NCBI GenBank assembly: GCA_030390025.1
Contig: CM059446.1
Location: forward strand, 40,548,001 to 40,612,000
Direction: 5' to 3'
Source of the DNA: Squalus acanthias
Taxonomy: Eukaryota
DNA length: 64,000 nt
Positions 23,911 to 37,866 of this stretch are shown one piece after another. The notes beneath the pieces were generated by a model. The model did not search any database, was not told the origin of the DNA, and worked only from the letters and a program-made list of their open reading frames with translations. The translations under genes were made by a program, and so were the position numbers. Every line of letters starts with the position of its first letter. Within the stretch, counting starts at the first letter, position 1.

Positions 23911-26900
23911 GGCTGCAGTTATACTAAGTTACCAGTCTGAGAGCGGTAGCACTGAAGTGCAGCCAGCATGACTCAATTTTTGGTGTATTAGTACTCAAAT
24001 TCTGCCCATGTACAAAACTATATTCCCTGCTACTATTTGTTAGAACAGGTTTCAGCATCTGCATTCTCATTACGCTAAAAAGACTCAATCCCAAGCTTAT
24101 AAAGTGCACAGGAGATCAGATCAACCACCTAAGCACATTTTAAATTCATGTCAGACTGGAATTACATACCACCTTCTGGAGAGGTAGCACACAGCTGAGC
24201 ATTACTGCATTCACGAGCCAGATTGCAACCCGACTCCCAAGTTAGATCACAACTTTTGCCCTGATGCGCAATCAAAATGCTTCACACTGACGCAAAGTCA
24301 AGGAGTCTATCCCACCTATTTTAATCTGCCGATGGAACATTTTACTCAGTACTCTCATTCCCAAAGGTAATAAAGCAAACTTCAATATACATATCCAGCA
24401 GCCCACCACCCCATTTCCATTATTCAAACTGCCCTCAAAAGGCAACAACCCTATCCCTATAGCATAGAAACCATCTTGCCCCCACATCATATCCCAATCT
24501 ACGCTTGGAGCCATTAATCATGTTCCGAACAAGATATTTATTGAGTTCTTCACCACCCCACCCTCCCCCCGCCCCAACCCCGAGAGTTAAATTGACACAT
24601 CACTAACTGCCTTCAAGTTCATTTAATTTCTAGTCACACTAGAGACATTTAATTCTGCATTTGTATTTTTTCCATTCTGTGCTCACTGTCGAATCAAATA
24701 AGCTGTTTACAGCTGAATCATCATCTATGCCTCTCATGACCCTCTCAATCTTCTTTTCTTTGGTGGAAAACAGTGCAGCTCTGCTAATTTCTCTGCATTC
24801 CTGCATCCCAGAATTATTCACATTGGTCCTCTCTGAACCCTCTCCAGTGCATCAATATCCCAAAGTTCCAATATGGCCTCAGTGATCTCCACGAGGTTAA
24901 CGTTTTGAATTGTAATCAAATATGCTGGAGATGCATTCCTGTTGTTATGGATTCATATTGCCTGGATACTTTCAATGAACAATCAACAATTACACTCGCA
25001 TCATTTTTGTTAGCGGACACTCCATCATGTGAACATTTTCGATTTCCTGCTCTAATAAGCAGTACCTTATGTCTAGATCTAAAGTTAAAAACCCCCATTT
25101 GCTATTCCTTAGCACATTTGATTATTATAAGCAAATACGAACATTGTATAAACAGAATAATATGGCTGATGAGGTGATAATAGAAATGCATCTATTTGCC
25201 AACTATAATCCATTTATAACTTAATTGCTCCAAGGCTATTCTTTTAGCTCACTTGTAAAATTATTTACTGAATTAGTCACTAGTCCTCAATATAAAATTG
25301 TTCAGTATCATTAAAAGTATTTCTGTATCAGAGCTTTTTGAAACTGTCGATTTTAGCCGGACATTCCCAGGTCAGAAATGATTACATCATTTGGATTGGG
25401 ATTGAGTAAGATTATACGAGAAAGCAATGATATTTTCTTTTTTTTTTAAATAGGAGAAGTGAGCATGATTAAAAGCAAGACTGATGAACAAATAAGGTAC
25501 CAAGTTTCCTCCTCCCAGACCCACCATGGCTTGGAGGCAAAGGCAGGATCTAGTCAGTATCCATGATAGCAATCTTTTCTAGTCGGAGCTCTGATCAACG
25601 CTTTCTATTACACTCGAGCAGAGGGCGGTCTCCCATTTTACTTATAATGATTACAGTTCTGTTCAAATGATGAGGGGGTGCCTTTAAGATCATTCATGAT
25701 ACGTTAATCAAAATGTTAAATACTGTATATTAGGTAAACATTAAAATTACTAAAAAATTGTTAATTTTTTTTCTTAAATAATCTGGAATCTGCTACTCAA
25801 TGAGGGCTAAACATCAATTCTGACTCCCACTAAAAGGAACACAAGCAAAACTTCTTTCTTGACTAAGGTGCCTATTACACATTTACATTGCTGCTATTCA
25901 AGTTTTGTTGCCCTAATATTAGAGTGTTGCTTCCAATTTTTTAAATCAGCAATTTACTGTCTTCATATATATTTTGACAGGTACATAAAATTCATTAGGA
26001 TCTCAAAAGCCTTTTCTCGTCAAGGAAAGTAATACAAAAATTCAACTCTCAATGCTTTTTTGTGGAACTACATTTTGCATTAAGTATCCTGCAATTAAAT
26101 CTTGCAGTCAAAAAAGAATTTGAACTGCACCTCAAATGTGTCAGATCTGTTCCCATCCCCCAACAAATGCAATTGTAATCTAAAACTAACTCAACATAAT
26201 TATTAAAATGACATGCTTAATGAACTCAACCATTTAAACAGACTAACCATATGTGATTAATATCCTCAAAGAATACTCTTTTCAGCCAAACCAAAAACAC
26301 ATTACTTTAGTATTTATTGTCATTTTTGTACTTCTATTGTCAAGTGCCATTAGAATAGAACATTATCTTTGAAAAAGTACGAGAGGCTGAATTCATGCGG
26401 TTTGTTAATCCAAGCAACCATTTTCCTCACGAATTAAAGACAGCGTTAAAATAATTAATTCTCTAAGCTGGACAACTGAAATTGTTAGACAAAGAAGATA
26501 AAATAGAGTGGGCAATAAATGTACTGAACAAAATACAGTTCCTCACTTACCTACCCTTCCAAATGTCCTCTGGTGACTGGGATGTCACCTTGGGCATTGG
26601 TGTTTTTGGCTGGCTTGGCACTGGCAGTGACAAGCCTATCATCACATTATCCCCATGTCTCTTGTGCAGGATAAAGGCAGGAAATTGAACATTACCACAT
26701 GATCGTATACGACAATGACACAAAAACGTCAAAATGGCATTAAAGGAAATCTTCCGCCCCTCTTTATTCAGACAGACTGGTAACTTATTATACACTAATT
26801 CAATGCAAATTTAAAAAAAATTCTTGAATGACAATATTAACCTATTTTTTCTTTAAATCACCATATGTGACACCGACAGGACCAGAAGGAAGAAGCATAG

Positions 26901-27559
26901 TTTAACACACATTTACAGAGTGTTTATCCCATAAGGCAGGAAACATTAAGAGGAAGTAGAGAAACGAACGGAAAGGAAAAGGCCCAGATGCGGAATCAGA
27001 GATGTGGGCACTATAAGAAAAGGTCAATGATGAGAAAAGACTTTTCTGCCCATCGATGCTCGTCCCTCTCAAAATGCCCGGTACAGAATCGCTTTTTGAA
27101 TGCCTCCCAATCTCTATGACTCTATTACCTCTACCTGATACACGACTTGAAAGATGATCAACTTTGGAATAAAGATATTTTTTCCAATATCTTTAATTTC
27201 CGTAGACTTTTTGGTACAGATTTTCCTCTCTCTGACCACTCCCGCCACCCCATCTCCCTCCCTCCCCCTCACTCCCAACTCATCGCCTGGGAAAAGTCAG
27301 GTGGAGAGTATCCAAACAGTGGTTTGCTTTGTCCGACCCGAGCCCTGAGCGTGCCTGTATTTCTCAGTTCAGGTCATTTGTATTGGCCTAATGTTTCCTT
27401 TGGGCAGACCAGATACATGACAGGGCCTACACCTAGAAGTAGAGGAAGAAAGTCAACTGTTGACTGGCCAAATGCTTCAGGGTCTTCTGGCTGCTGTCCA
27501 GAAACAGCTTTGCTATTCTACGTAGTTCATTTTTTTTCCCTAAGTGATTAACTTTACTG

Positions 27560-28130
27560 TCGAATTGCACATATTTTGTATCTGGCAGTTTCAAATTTCT
27601 ATTGTCAATTGTCCATTTAATTGCATAAATGATCTTTACTGCATTAGCTATCCTTATTGCTCTCCCTATTTCTGGATAATCTACAAATTTAACAATTGGA
27701 TTCTGGACTCATGTCATTTATGAAAAGGAGGAGGAATGGCCCATGCAATATTCCACTCAACACCTCCCCGACACTTCACCTCTCAAGTGTTCGATTTCCT
27801 AATTTTTATTCAATTTCTTATCAATGGATTCTCATGGTTTTTAGCTTTATTAGAAGTCTTTCATGTGGAAACTTCCTAACGGTTTTATGAATGTCCAAAT
27901 AAACTGTATTCTAGTATCCAGCTTACTTACAACATACTCAAAGACATCAAGGGTCTTTGGCAGCAGGACCTCTCCTCTTAAATCCATACTGGTTGTTTCT
28001 TATTAAGCTATTGCTATACAGGAAATTCCTCCAGTCTCCTCCATAGAATGGTTTCCATTACTTTAGATACTATTGATGTTCAGCTAATGGGCCTGTATTT
28101 GCCTGGATCAGATTTGCCTCCCTTTTTAAC
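27560..28130 (-). mobile_element. Highly degenerate CR1 RT fragment
   Basis: Decayed remnants of the 'YRPIS.TS' (…aatacaggcccattagctgaacatc) and 'DKVPHERL' coding motifs. Confidence 0.45.
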
Positions 28131-29744
28131 GTTTGTTCACTTGCTTCGAGTGTGTAACAGTATCCTGGACATAGGGGGAGAGAGAGAATATCAGTGATGC
28201 AATTTCAAATCCTTTCTCAAATGGTTGAGCAAATCTGGACTACCGGATGGAATCCACAACTTGCTAAGCCAATCTCATACTACAAAAAAGCAATGGTTAG
28301 CTTCTCCAGTGCAAATACCCTACTGCTTGCTCAGTGCCCTACACAAAATGCAGGGCACCGAAAGGATGTGCTGCCTTTCATCATTGCAATACAAAAAGGA
28401 CTCCACAGAACTTTGCACACAGTTTTCGATCAACAACTTAATACTCCAGATCTTAAAACACAAGAGTTGTGGAACCCACCATCTGCATGTTATTTTTTAG
28501 AATTTTTTTTTTTTGTTAAATCTTGATAGATTGGCCATTCCTGCCTTTTAACATACAATTTCATAAGGAGATAATTAAATGTGTAAATTGAAAATTTACA
28601 GTTTGACAATAGGATTTCAACTACTGTGTTGAAAGCCAGTTTAAGGCAGCAGTGGAAACCCAAAATACAATAGGAAGTATTAGTTTCCCCTCTTTGAGAA
28701 CTACCATTCAAAATATAATGATATTTACTGTAAAACATGTTGAAATGGAATACACGGTCATGTTAGTGCTTGAATTCCTCAAAGTTAATGAGTGCAAATT
28801 CTAGAGCAATAAAATATTTATTGACAGCCATAAACCCAGAGATTGCTACTAACTATAAATAATGACCATTACGACAGTATTAAAAATGGAGGGGAATAAA
28901 ATCTTGTAACAAATTGGCAGATCATTTATCAGTAAAACAAATCATTTTGTTATAGTTTTGCACATCCTTGCAATGCTGCAATCTAAAAAGACTTCAGATG
29001 ATTTAACAAAAAAAAAGAACAAACCTGCAGACAAGCCACTGCCAAGAATTTTACTAACTTATATTTAACAAAAATACCCTCTGTGGGGGACAAAAAACCC
29101 TCCGTGAAAAATTAGGTACTTTTTAGCTGCAAGAATTATTACAATTCAAATAAAACTTTATGAGCGAGAATAAAAAGTTAGTTCGAAGACCATTTATTAA
29201 AATGGGGTCAAGGACGTGTTAATGTATACGTGCTGCTTAATGCAACAGAAAGAAATCCAACAGCATATCTGCAATCACTACGGCTTTGTTTGCTACAGAG
29301 CAATAAATTTATCAAGTCCGCTCTTTCAAAACTCCAGCAGCGAGAGAGTCACGAACAAGTAAGTTGTGAAGTGAAAGGGTGTTCCTTAAAAAATGAAGCT
29401 CCTGACCTCAACCATGCCACTATGGGGAGGTGCCAACTAAAAGCCAGATGCTCCTCGACTGGGGACGAGATATCTATAGGCTGTAAACACCAGATGATTC
29501 TTGGCATCTCCTAGTAAATGTCTCGAGTGGCACTGGGAGCAGAATTCCCACCTATCCTTTCAGCCAGTAAGAGCCTCAAACAGAAGAAAACAAAATATAA
29601 AGCAATCGATTTCTCCGCTTATAGGGCACAAAACATTAAACTGCAGCTTCTGCAATTTATGAAATAAAACATGCTTATTAATCCTGTTATAACCTAAATT
29701 CAACAGTGCCTTTTTATCAAATAATTTGCCCATTCACCATCCTT

Positions 29745-30960
29745 CTTCCCTTCAAAACCACCATCAACTCCTCCTCAAAAAACCCAGCCTCGACCAATCC
29801 ATCCACCCCAATGACCACCCCATCTTTAACCTCTGCCTCCTCTCTAAGGTCTTCAAATGTGTCGTCACCTTCCAGCTCTGTACCAATTTCTCCCAAAACT
29901 CTGTTTGAATCCATTTGGTACAGTCCTACCCTGCTCAACACCAAGTCCGAAGTCACAATCATTTCTTATTCCTGTTCAACCTCCCAATGATGTTTCATAT
30001 ACCATTCCACTCCTTCACCTCTCCTCAATCGTCCAACTGCATAGGACGACCTCAACATGGATTCACCCCTACATGCCCCAGTGCAGCCAGAGTATCTCCA
30101 GAAATTGCTTCTTTTCCCACCTGAACACAGTCACCCAATTATACATCCTTGCCCCCTCTCTTCCTCAATTATAAGCTGCTCATCAGCAATGTTATTCCTA
30201 GGTATGAGGTCGGCTTCCATATGTATGCTTACGAATTGCAACTGTATCACTTTCCTGGACCCCATAATCACCTCTCCACTAAGATTGCCGGTCTAACCAA
30301 GTCGTAGCCAAGTCAAAATTACCTCCAACTGAATGTCGAGATGGTTTTGTTTGTTTTCAGCTCGCACCAACATCTGTGCTCCCTTGCCACTGTGTCCATT
30401 CTTATCCGTGGTCACCTGCTTAGGCTGAACCAGACTGTGCAAAACCTTGGGGGTCCTGATCCAATCTAGAGCCGCGCTTCAACCCCACATCCTAGGATCA
30501 TCAAAGCCTCTTACTTCCGCCTCCACATTACCAGCCTCCATTGCTACCTTATTCCCATTGCTTCTGGTGTAGTGGTGCAGTGGTCACAGTACTGGACTAG
30601 CAACCATGAGCTTGACTGTTAAATATCCACAATGGCAATTTGTAAAATTGCATTCAATAAATCCGATAATGTTTTGGCTAGCACAGCGAAATCTGCACAT
30701 AAGCATTAAAAACGCAACAGGTTCACCAATGATCTGCAGGGAGGGGAAACTGCTATCCCTGCCTGGTCTGGTCTACGCATGACTCTAGTCCACACTCCAC
30801 GTAGACAATAAATGTGGCATCATCCATATCTCAAGGGGAAAAAAAATCTCCCCACTTTCAAAAGCCTCCTTAGCTAGTTTTTTTTGCCACCTCACCTACC
30901 CTCCTTCAGATTTCCTGTTGTGTCTGATGAAGCATTTGTAGAGTGCCTTGGGATAGTTCA
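29745..30960 (+). mobile_element. Degenerate L2 LINE with an internal SINE
   Basis: Remnants of KKPSLD…NDHPIFNLCLLSKVFKCVV (L2 RT N-terminus), with later VQNLG-like coding and an L2-like 3' end. Confidence 0.6.
30565..30845 (+). mobile_element. tRNA-headed SINE with a tail like the 9001 LINE family
   Basis: A-box-like gtggtgcagtgg head; homologous to the SINE at 44185-45215. Confidence 0.5.
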
Positions 30961-32897
30961 CTTTGTTGAAAACACACGGTCTAGGTGCAAAGCATATGGG
31001 AAACGGAAAAAAAAAAATTCAGTGTTGAACCCACCCCGGCTACTGACATCTCTCACCTGAAGCAGAAAATACCCCCTAAAAACTTTTGCCAATTTCAGAA
31101 GAGCTTGAACATACATACTAACAAAAGGGGTTAGTTTTCTTCAGAATATAATTATACTGTATAAAAGTGGGTATTAAGAAATTGAAAATATCAACTTTGA
31201 ACTTGTAAAGAAACTTGCCCTCAACGCTTCAATATATTTCTGGAGGTTATAATTGGGAATGCATGTTTACAGATAGAGGACTAAACATTTGTGTATTTGA
31301 GAAACCATAGGCCAATCCCAAATGTCACTCCATTACTTAAGAAGGGAGGAAGGGAGAAACCAGAAAACTGCAGACCCGTCAGTTTTACATCAGATGTGGG
31401 GAAGTTACTGGAATCGATCATCAGGGACAGAGTGACTGAGCGCTTGGACAAATATCAGGTGATCAGGGAAAGTCACCATTGATTTCGGAAGAGTAGGTCA
31501 TGTCTGACTAATCTAGCTGAATTTTCTGAGGAGGTCACTAACATGGTGGATAGGGGAGGGCCTACGGATGTTGTCTATTTGGACTTCCCGAAGGCGTTTG
31601 ATAAAGTTGCGCACAAGAGATTAGCAGCAAAAATGAGAGCGCATGGAATAGGAGGTAACCTTGTGACATGAGTCAGTAATTGGTTGGGAGATAGGAGACA
31701 GAGAGCGGAGATAAAGAGAATGTACTCTGGCTGACGGAATGTGATAAGTGTTGTTCCCGAGGGACCTGTACTGGGGCTGGAGCTTTTAACCATATATATC
31801 AATGACTTGGATGAAGGAATAGCGAGTTGCATATCTAAGTTTGCAGGCGACACCAAGTTAGGAGGCACAATCAGTTTTGTAGATGGGCGCAGGAAGTTAC
31901 AATGGGACATAGAAAAATTAAGTGAGCAGGCAAGACTGTGGAAGATGGAATTCAATGTGGAGAAGTGTAAGGTCATCCACTTCGGATCTAAGAATGACAA
32001 ATTAGAATATTTTATAAATGGTGAGAGACCAGGGAGTGTTGAGGAGCAATGGGATTTGGGTGACCAAGTACACAAATCACAAAAAGCTAGTGCACAAGTA
32101 AAAAATTAATTAAAAAGGCGAATGGAATGTTGGCCTTTATCTCAAGGAGACTGGAATATAAAGGGGAGCAAGTGATGCTTCAGTTGTACAGAGCAACAAT
32201 GTGTTCCATTTATTTTTGAGCACCGCACCTCGGGAAGGATATATTGGCCTTGGAAGGGATACAGTGCAGATTCACCAGAATGAAACCAGAGCTTAAAAGG
32301 GATGAATTATGAGGACACGTTGCATGAACTTGCCTCATTTTCCCTTGAGTTTAGAAGATTGAGGGGCGATCTAATTCAGATTTTTAACATGATAAAGGGA
32401 TTCAACAGTGTAGATACAGAGAAACTATTTTCTCTGGTGGGGGAATCCAGAACGAGGGGCACAATCTCAAAATTAAAGCTGGGCCATTTAGGAGTGAAAT
32501 CAGGAAGCACCTTTTCACGCAAAGGGCAGTGGAAATATAGGCCCGGAATTTGCGATGAGAATAATGGTGAGGCTATCAGCGCTCACCGTTAGAATGGAGG
32601 AAATCTGACAGCAACTTCTGGAGTACGCACATGCGCAGTTAAACGCAGAAATCCAGAAGTTGCTGTCAGATACCCCGCTCCTCCACAGGGTGCGCTGTGG
32701 CAGTCCTCGCTGACAGACTCGGCACTGAAATGACTGCAACAGCGTGAACTTGGGGTACTTGCCCATTAGCTCCGCACTAAAAACAGCTGAAAAAGTTAGG
32801 GCTAGTGCATTCAAGAGTAAGTGAGTTTTTAAACAGCATGATAAATGATAATTACTGCTGAACTACCTCTCTGGCACTGAAAAAATAATTTTACAAA

Positions 32898-32961
32898 TGT
32901 GGAGTTTAATTCTCTCAGAAGAAAATTAGTGTGGAGTTTAATTCTCTCAGAAGAAAATTAG
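32898..32961. repeat. Perfect 32-bp tandem duplication
   Basis: tgtggagtttaattctctcagaagaaaattag x2. Confidence 0.9.
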
Positions 32962-33124
32962 TGTTGGAGATCTTTTTTTGGGATTTTTAAAAACTTTTTC
33001 TGTCTGTCTCATTTATCACTCTTCCTTAATCCCATCTGTATTTCCCAATCTTTATTTTGCTTTCTGTATATCAGTTAAATCTAATTTATACTTCCTGCTT
33101 TATACTTCCTGGTTTGGACTCTGC

Positions 33125-33856
33125 GGGCTGGATTTTGAATGACCCATGGAGTCGGGTTTGGAGGCGTGTGGGGAGTTAAATTTGCGGGGTCGGGGGTCCC
33201 GACCCCATCCCGCCTCCATGCAATTTTGACAAAATCAGTCGCGGGGTTCCCGACTCCATCCCGCCTCCAAGAGGCGGGAGAGGCCATTAAAGCCCTTAAC
33301 AAGCCCTAAATTGGCTCTGTAATGCCATTTTGAAACGTTTTAGCTAGTTTAACCCTTTTCTGACGTGAAGTACGCCTGATGTGAAACACTCCAGTGAAAC
33401 CTGGTGGGAGCGCAAGTGGATAGCTGACTATCAGCTGCAGGTCCACTATTACAACAGAGATGTGATGGATGGAGGTAGTAATAGTATTAGGTGTGAAAGT
33501 TGCCTCTGATGCTGCTGCATTGAATGTCTTCAGAGACTGCATGGCCTTTGCTGTGAGAGGACTTGGATGCAAAAAATCTCATATATATATATATATATCC
33601 AGGTCCACTCACATCAGAAGCCAGGCAGGTCCTCTCTCACCAACAGCCAGACTGTCTCTGAGACCAGGCAGTCAGCAATGATGACATCATCAGAGGCGAC
33701 TTTCAGACTGAAACCACTAATTAGTTCATGGGTTCCCACATGCTGGAACTCAATTGCCCAATTAAGTGAAAATTGCATCATTCATCCACATTAATCTGGA
33801 GTCAGGGGGGGAAACACGAAATGCGGATGACACGACCCCAAGACAAAATCCAGCCC
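33125..33856. mobile_element. TIR element nested inside 32540-34042
   Basis: Perfect 13-bp TIR gggctggattttg / caaaatccagccc. Confidence 0.7.
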
Positions 33857-33888
33857 ATAGTGTCTCAGGTGAGGATCTGATTGGTTGA

Positions 33889-33890
<2 letters not shown>

Positions 33891-33937
<47 letters not shown>
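33891..33937. repeat. (CA)n microsatellite
   Basis: About 23 units. Confidence 0.95.
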
Positions 33938-33939
<2 letters not shown>

Positions 33940-34875
33940 AGAGCAAATCTCTACTGACAAGCCCGTGCAAAGTCTGTGGGCAGCTGTCAGCGAGGTGACT
34001 GGCAAGCGCCATTCCTTTGCCTCGGAGAGCAAAATCCGGGTTATAGTACTTTTCCGACCCCCCAAAAAAAGTGAATGTTCGGTCAATTGAAATTTTCAAT
34101 ACAGAGATCAATGGATTTTTGTTAGGTAAGGGTACCAAGGGATATGGAAGAAAGGCAGGTAAATATAGTGAGGTACAGATCAGGCATGACCTGACTAAAT
34201 GGCGGAACAGGCTTGAAGCCTTAATGACTTACTCCTGTTCCTATGTTGCTAATAACCCAGGCAACTAGAAAACCTTTCCCATTACAAGAACACCAGGAAC
34301 TGGGCAACGACAGACCCATACCTTCACAACCAATTAACTAATCATCGGGAAGATTATGGCTCAATTTTGCTGTAGATTTTTAGAAAATTTCAGTACATCT
34401 GAATATATATCATATAAAATAAAACCCACAGGAATGTGTTTCCAGGCAGTAACACATCTCCAAGTTTAGATAACATTGATAAGCCATTTGAGGTTTCCTC
34501 TTGTGGTTTATCAATGTTATTTGAACCCCTCAATGTGTCATTGCCTTGTATATCAAGCTATCTGTTAACCGATACAGGCACATGATTAGCTCTTAAACTC
34601 TGAACAAGACTACATAGTGAAATTATGTGATTAAAGCTTTTAAAATGATCAAATACTCCAAAGCGCTGACTATTGATTTAAAGACATATAGCAGATCTTC
34701 AATATCCTTCAATTGCAGATTTTAAAAATTATAGGTACACAAAGAATGCGCTGTGACTTAATGATAACAGTTACCACCCCAATGCAAATGAATGATCAAA
34801 TCTGAACAGAATAAGGCTGCAGATGAGACAACTCACCTCACAGCAACCTTTCCTCGTTTGACTGGACCAGATAAG

Positions 34876-35327
34876 GTGTCAGCCATGGCTCACTGGTAGC
34901 ACTCTCGCCTCTGAGTCAGAAGGTTGTGGGTTCAAGTCCCACTCCAGCAACTTGAGCACAAAATCTAGGCTGACACTTCAGTGCAGTGCGGAGAGGGTGC
35001 TGCACTGTTGGAGGTGCTGTCTTTTGGATGAGACATTAAACCAAGACCTGTCTGCCCTCTCAGGTGGGTGTAAAAGATCTCGTGGCACTATTCAAAGAAG
35101 AGCAAGGGAGTTCTCCCTCAACCAAAACCTAAAACAGATAATCTATTGAATCTGCTTCATTTATTTTATTGCTGTTTGTGGTGCCTTGCTGTGTGCAAAT
35201 TGACTTGTCACGTTTCCTGCATCTCAACAGTGGCTATACTTCAAAAAGTACCTAATTGGCTGTAAAGCACTTTGGGACGATCGGAGGCTGTGAAAGGCGC
35301 TATATAAATGCAAGTCTTTCTTTTTTC
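34876..35327 (+). mobile_element. Near full-length Deu-domain SINE (SacSINE1/AmnSINE1/LmeSINE1-like) with tRNA head and L2-type tail
   Basis: A/B boxes (tggctcactgg, ggttcaagtcc), the Deu core (ggaggtgctgtcttttggatgagacattaaac…gtaaaagatc…ggcactatt…gaagagc) and the tail gtgaaaggcgctatataaatgcaag. Confidence 0.85.
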
Positions 35328-35836
35328 TATAAGCTAAAACTAAACAGCCCTAATGGGGTTACAGATTTTACAGCATAGAAGTAAGCCATATGGTCCAACA
35401 TGCATGCATCAGGTCTCTGGAAGAGCTGCCCATTTATTTACATTTCCTACCCTTTCCTAATGCCCTCTTCAAATAGAGCCTGTTTTCAGACAAAGGTCAA
35501 TTATTTGCAAAGCTAGCTCCAACTTGCAAAACAGATGATGGGACTCAAAGCAGAAAACCACAGGTAAGTGAAGTGTTTCATGGTTTAGAATACAGCAGAT
35601 CGAGATGAAGAGGAAAATTGTGAATGCTGACAGTCTAAAGTGAAAATAGCACTTACTGGAACCACATACTAAATATCTGACAGAGGAAGACAGCTAACGC
35701 TTTAGTTTTGATCCTTCATTAGAATTGTGGATATGTGAAGAGCTTTATTAATATAAATTTGGCAGTATGAGTTGCAAAAAAAGGCCAACCGAGCAACTCA
35801 GGAATTTCCCAGGACTTACAAGTAGTCGAAAGTTAT

Positions 35837-36706
35837 GGGGGTGATTTTGCCGACGCTCAGGGGTCAGGTTTGGAGGCAGGACTGCTGGCAAAATCAAAAA
35901 GATTGGCAGCGGTTCCCGAACCTGCTTTCAACCCGCCTCCAATCAATCTTCTCGGGAGTCAGGTCCCCGATTTGCGCAGGGACCCGACTCCTAGCGGCGG
36001 GAAGAGGATTATAGCCACTTAACTGCTTGTTAACAGGTAGTTAACAGGCAGTTAAGAGGTTTTTTCCAATTTTGACACTTCTACTGTGGGCTTCCCGATG
36101 TCGGGAAACCCTGCCAGGGTAATTTGGTGTGCTGTGGGTCTACTGTAATGTTTGCGTATAGATGACAGCTGCAGAAGTGGTATGAAGGATCCAATGGGAC
36201 ACTGGTGAGTTGCAGAGGTAAGAAAATGTTGAGAAAGTCATTTTTAATGTGTTTAGAATTTTCTGTACGTGACAAGCTTTGAAGTATTTGTGTAGTCCCA
36301 CCTCATTGGGAGAACCTCTCTCATCAGTGACAGATCGCTTCTGTAACCTCACCTGCAGCTGCCATCTGTTTTAGCCGAAGGGGAGAGTCACTGGAGAGCC
36401 TGGGTGCAAGGGCTCACCTTTGTACAGTGATTGTCAGTGTTTGCAGCACCTCAATGCTGTCAAACACTGAAAAAATCATCTGTCAAAAAGAAATGGTGGT
36501 GGCCCCTTTAAGAAAACCGGCAGATGACACGTCATCAACTGACGTCATCTGACACCGGCTTTCTCTTAATTGGCCCGCAAGCCCACAGGGCGGGCTTAAC
36601 AAGGCCAATTGACGCAAAATTGCGTCGGACGTCGCTGGGGGCGGGACTAGAACCTGAAAGGCAGCAGTCGCGACCCCAACGCGCCTCTTCAGGTAAGACC
36701 ACGGCC
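35837..36706. mobile_element. Non-autonomous TIR element related to the 33125 element
   Basis: Shares ggggtcaggtttggaggc and cgaccccaa subterminal motifs; the TIRs are degenerate. Confidence 0.5.
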
Positions 36707-36871
36707 TAAGTCTCCATTACCCAAATTATTACACTCAAGAAAACTGTCCAATGACGTGCCCAGTTTTGAAATAATTTTGATGTCAATTAGAGGCTTGAGA
36801 ATCATTTTTCAAGAACTGAAGCAAGTCACCCATTTTTAAACAGTAACTCAGGTGAAGCAGACCCAATGCTG

Positions 36872-37537
36872 GGCCTGGAGTTTCCTCCTTTGGAGCAATC
36901 CGAAGTTAGAGACGAAAATGCGTCCAGTGTTGTCCTCATTTTGCCAATGTCAAGTTACACCCAAGTATCCTCCCAATCTCATTAGAATATGTGTGAACTT
37001 AAAATGGGCATAAATCAATGTAAACAATTGGGACTCAAGAAAATGCCAAACCCACACCACTATATTTCTTCCTCAAATCTTAAAATTTATGTTTCAACTC
37101 ATTTAACCATCATTCGTGCAAATCAAGCACAGCATGTTTAAGAACCTGCATTTGTGGAAGCTTTTCAATTGTTAATGTGATCTATACATACGTCATAAGA
37201 ATTAATTAAAAGATACAGAAAATACAGAGCGGGTCTTAATGAGGATAATTTGTTCTTTAAAACATTCAAAAAGTTTGCAATTAAAAAGACCAGAAAAATA
37301 ACTTTTGTTTCCTGTTGCACCTGAAAATCTGGCTGTATTGTTGAGAGATCCCTGCAATTGGAGGATACTCCCATTTGATAGTCGAGGGCGTGGCCAGAGA
37401 TTCGTTGATGAACGGACATAGTAGATTGAGGAGAATTGGGCATATTGGAGTTATGCGGGTAACTCACGCCCAAAAATCTGCAGTCTTTTAAGCTATGCAA
37501 TTGGTTTGCAGGTGTAATGCGGATGAAACTCCAGGCC
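36872..37537. mobile_element. MITE
   Basis: Perfect 13-bp TIR ggcctggagtttc / gaaactccaggcc. Confidence 0.65.
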
Positions 37538-37638
37538 ACAACAACATAGGTTCAATTTAATTTACCAGTTGCTTATCTCAAGAACAAAAAAGTAATGTTT
37601 AACTACAAATTATCCAATTAATGTTATATTATTTCTTG

Positions 37639-37641
<3 letters not shown>

Positions 37642-37671
<30 letters not shown>
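37642..37671. repeat. (CA)n microsatellite
   Basis: About 15 units. Confidence 0.9.
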
Positions 37672-37674
<3 letters not shown>

Positions 37675-37866
37675 TCTGCAAACGGCAGTTGATGCTGGGT
37701 CAATTGTTAATTTTAAATCTGAGATTGATAGAGTTCTGTTAACAAAAAGATATTAAGGGATATGGGCTAAAGGCGGATATATTAGGTCACAGATCAGCCA
37801 TGATCTCGTTGAATGGCGGAACAGGAGCGAGGGGCTAAATGGCCAACTCCTGTTCCCATGTTCCTA
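37672..37866 (+). mobile_element. CR1 3' end
   Basis: Same subfamily as 6905/8258-8472 (gatgctgggtcaattgttaattttaaatctgagattgatag…). Confidence 0.7.

Larger units (their letters stand above)
32540..34042. mobile_element. TIR element with 3-bp TSD (ata), inserted in CR1
   Basis: TIRs ggcccggaatttgc / gcaaaatccgggtt, with ata on both sides. Confidence 0.65.
31315..34250 (+). mobile_element. CR1 LINE (RT to 3' end) interrupted at 32540-34042
   Basis: NVTPLLKKGGREKPENCRPVSFTS, GPVLGLELLTIYINDLD, KFAGDTKLGG and RRLRGDLI. The 3' end resumes after 34045. Confidence 0.9.

Noticed and set aside
34876-34950. Apparent tRNA gene (A and B boxes)
   Set aside because: It is the head of a SINE and continues into the Deu core and an L2-type tail.
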